A stretch of 64,000 nt of DNA from Microthyrium microscopicum (lineage: Eukaryota): positions 1,433,784-1,497,783 of the forward strand of contig MU004231.1 of assembly GCA_010405405.1 (NCBI GenBank). The letters are read 5' to 3'. The first letter of the stretch is position 1. The number at the start of each line of letters is the position of its first letter. A program made the translations under genes and the position numbers. Under the pieces are notes generated by a model. That model was given only the letters and a program-made list of their open reading frames with translations. It was not told the origin of the DNA and did not search any database. This document shows, piece by piece, positions 61,921-64,000 of this stretch.

Positions 61921-62889
61921 TTATTAAATTTAGAATAGTACTTAAATATAATTATTATAAAACTAAATTATTTAATTTCTAAATATTAAAAGTAAGTTAT
62001 AAGTATTTAATATATTGGTTAAAATAATATAAGAATTAAAGATAAAGCTAATAAATAGTTATTATATATAGAAGTATAAAGTATTAGAATAGATAAATAT
62101 ATAGATATAAGTAAGTAGTAAGTAGTAGATTAATAAAATTATTTTAAATAAGTAGTAATATTAATTATTAATAGTTATCTTTTATTAAATACTTTATATA
62201 GAGTATATAATATAGAAATCTAGATATATCTAATATAGAATTACTATCCTAATATAGCTATCTAACTCTAGCTCCTTATTCACTTTTAGTTATTTAAATA
62301 GTTAGTAAAATAATAAATAAATAATATTATATTTATTTCTAAATATCTAAAGAACCAAAAGCGAATAAGAAAAACTAATAACAGATCTAAAACTAGCGAA
62401 CCTAGACGAAGAGATTAATATAATTTTTATAGCTTAAATAGTATATTTCTATTTTATTAATTTAAATTAATTATTAAAATTAATTAATATTATCTTAATT
62501 AATTTAGTATTAATTCAAGGTAGGCATTAATTAATTAATTTTAGTATAAGCTAGCATTAATTAATTTTAATTTGGCATTAATTAATTAAATTAAATTAAA
62601 TCACAACCCTGGTACTGAGCCAAGAGCTCCCCTGCCGTGTTCGGGAAAATCTACAGGGGTAACAACCACTACGGGCACTAGTAATTCTGCTCCAAACAGT
62701 TGCATTGCTCCTACTCCAACCCTTCATATTCACTTTCCCACTACATGATACCAATTGCCTGAACAACTCGACCCTCTTACCCACTGGTCGCTTGAGAAGC
62801 AGTGAGACTATTTCCTCGGCTTTGCTGGCCTCCGACTACCTCCAGCCAGCTCCGACCTCCTCAATTTCGCTATTGAGGATTATCTGATC

Positions 62890-64000
62890 ATGACAGCCGA
62901 GAAAGATACCCTCCTGATACGGGAGCAGTTTGTGCCGCCTCGCTCCAAAGTCACCACACGCCGTAGATTCGTAGCTCGTAAAGCAAAGCGGAAGGAAGAA
63001 AGTCTGTTCGCAGTTCTGTGTGCCTGGATTGTGGATCAGCAGATTGGTATATATCTTCCCATTGACACAATAATGACAATGGAGCATCCTAGCTAACGAG
63101 GCTCTGTCAATAGGAATATGCGTCAATCTCCTTATTCTCCTCGGCCTCGTACACTTTGCTTTCCCTAGAGCTCGGCAATACACTCGCAAATTCTACGAAT
63201 TGTCATATTTTGACTCGGAATCGGGCAACTATGGCCGTGGCTGGGACGATGTCTACTTCATTACACTATGGGCTGTCATTTTCACGGGATTACGGGCTAT
63301 GGTTATCGACTACATTCTGAAACCGTTTGCTCGATGGGGCGGAATAGAGTCGAAAAAGCTACGTACTCGATTCGCTGAACAGGCCTGGGCTGTCATCTAC
63401 TACACGGCATCATGGTCATTGGGAATGGTATGTCTGGCTAAGGAAGTAACTACAAAAGGCGAAGACTAACAATGGCATAGTACATCATGTACAACTCTTC
63501 ATATTGGCTCAACACATGGGAAATGTGGACACACTGGCCCACATGGCAGATCGCGCCTCTTTTCAAGCTATATTATCTAGCTCAAATCGGCTACTGGATC
63601 CATATGCTCGCCGTTATATTCATTGAAGAGCGGAGAAAGGATCACTGGCAGATGTTCACCCACCATGTCTTCACCTCGCTTCTCTTGATCACCAGCTACG
63701 GTCATTACATGAACAAGGTTGGCAACGTGATCTTATGCATTATGGACTTTGTCGATATTGTCCTCGCCGTCGGTGTCTCCGAATCTCTTTGCTTTGCAAA
63801 CACTGACTATTTCTTAGACCGCCAAAGTCCTCAACTACTTTCGCTTCCGTCTCGCTTGCGACATTGCGTTTGGTGTCTTTCTCGTCTCATGGTTCGTCAC
63901 ACGCCATGTCCTCTATAACCGCGTCTTCTGGTCTGTCGCCGTCGACCTCCACGCCGCAACTCCATATGGCTGCTACGAGACTACGACAGGACGTCAAGTC
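62890..64000 (+). CDS. barA: Ceramide synthase, BarA/Bar1 (glucosylceramide-pathway) type; 3' end outside the window
   Basis: Exons 62890-63046, 63114-63427, 63481-63768, 63818->64000; YGRGWDD, RFAEQAW, EMWTHWP, EERRKDHWQMFTHH, GNVILCIMDFVD motifs of the BarA clade. Confidence 0.88.

Larger units (their letters stand above)
55067..62611 (+). mobile_element. RIP-inactivated hAT transposon (7545 bp)
   Basis: Perfect 8-bp TSD GTACTGAG (55059-55066 and 62612-62619); 20-bp TIRs CAGGGTTGTGATTTAATTTA; hAT transposase remnant; extreme AT/TpA richness bounded by the TIRs. Confidence 0.95.

Noticed and set aside
1..64000. tRNA, rRNA or telomeric repeats
   Set aside because: None recognised by eye; a tRNAscan-SE/Infernal run would be needed to exclude small RNA genes.

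Overview
Eukaryotic DNA from a filamentous ascomycete (Pezizomycotina; Dothideomycetes is my guess, not shown), with short GT-AG introns, CTRAC-type branch sites and RIP-mutated repeats. About 19 host genes are present: SPT8, RSR1, a PPR-like mitochondrial protein, COX7, a PI-PLC-X-like protein, a lipocalin-like protein, an HD hydrolase, a 2OG-Fe(II) oxygenase, a Par32-like microprotein, a carboxylesterase, two ceramide synthases (LagA-type and BarA-type), a tyrosine/dual-specificity phosphatase, an ART-like orphan, HSV2, septin CDC11, a PQ-loop transporter, BXI1 and a partial unknown gene at the left edge. There is also a DUF4267-type pseudogene. Two AT-rich RIP blocks resolve into three DNA transposons with readable ends: (1) an 11.85-kb CACTA/CMC-like element (3791-15640) with CATTA termini, a 2-bp TSD, a transposase and about four further co-oriented decayed ORFs; (2) a 744-bp fold-back MITE (54300-55043); (3) a 7.5-kb hAT element (55067-62611) with an 8-bp TSD, an extra divergent ORF and an internal ~160-bp inverted-repeat array. 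The most unusual observation is that the 14-exon PQ-loop gene only stays in frame if a single-nucleotide exon (T at 49996) is spliced in. All gene models and motif calls were made by eye; no searches were run.
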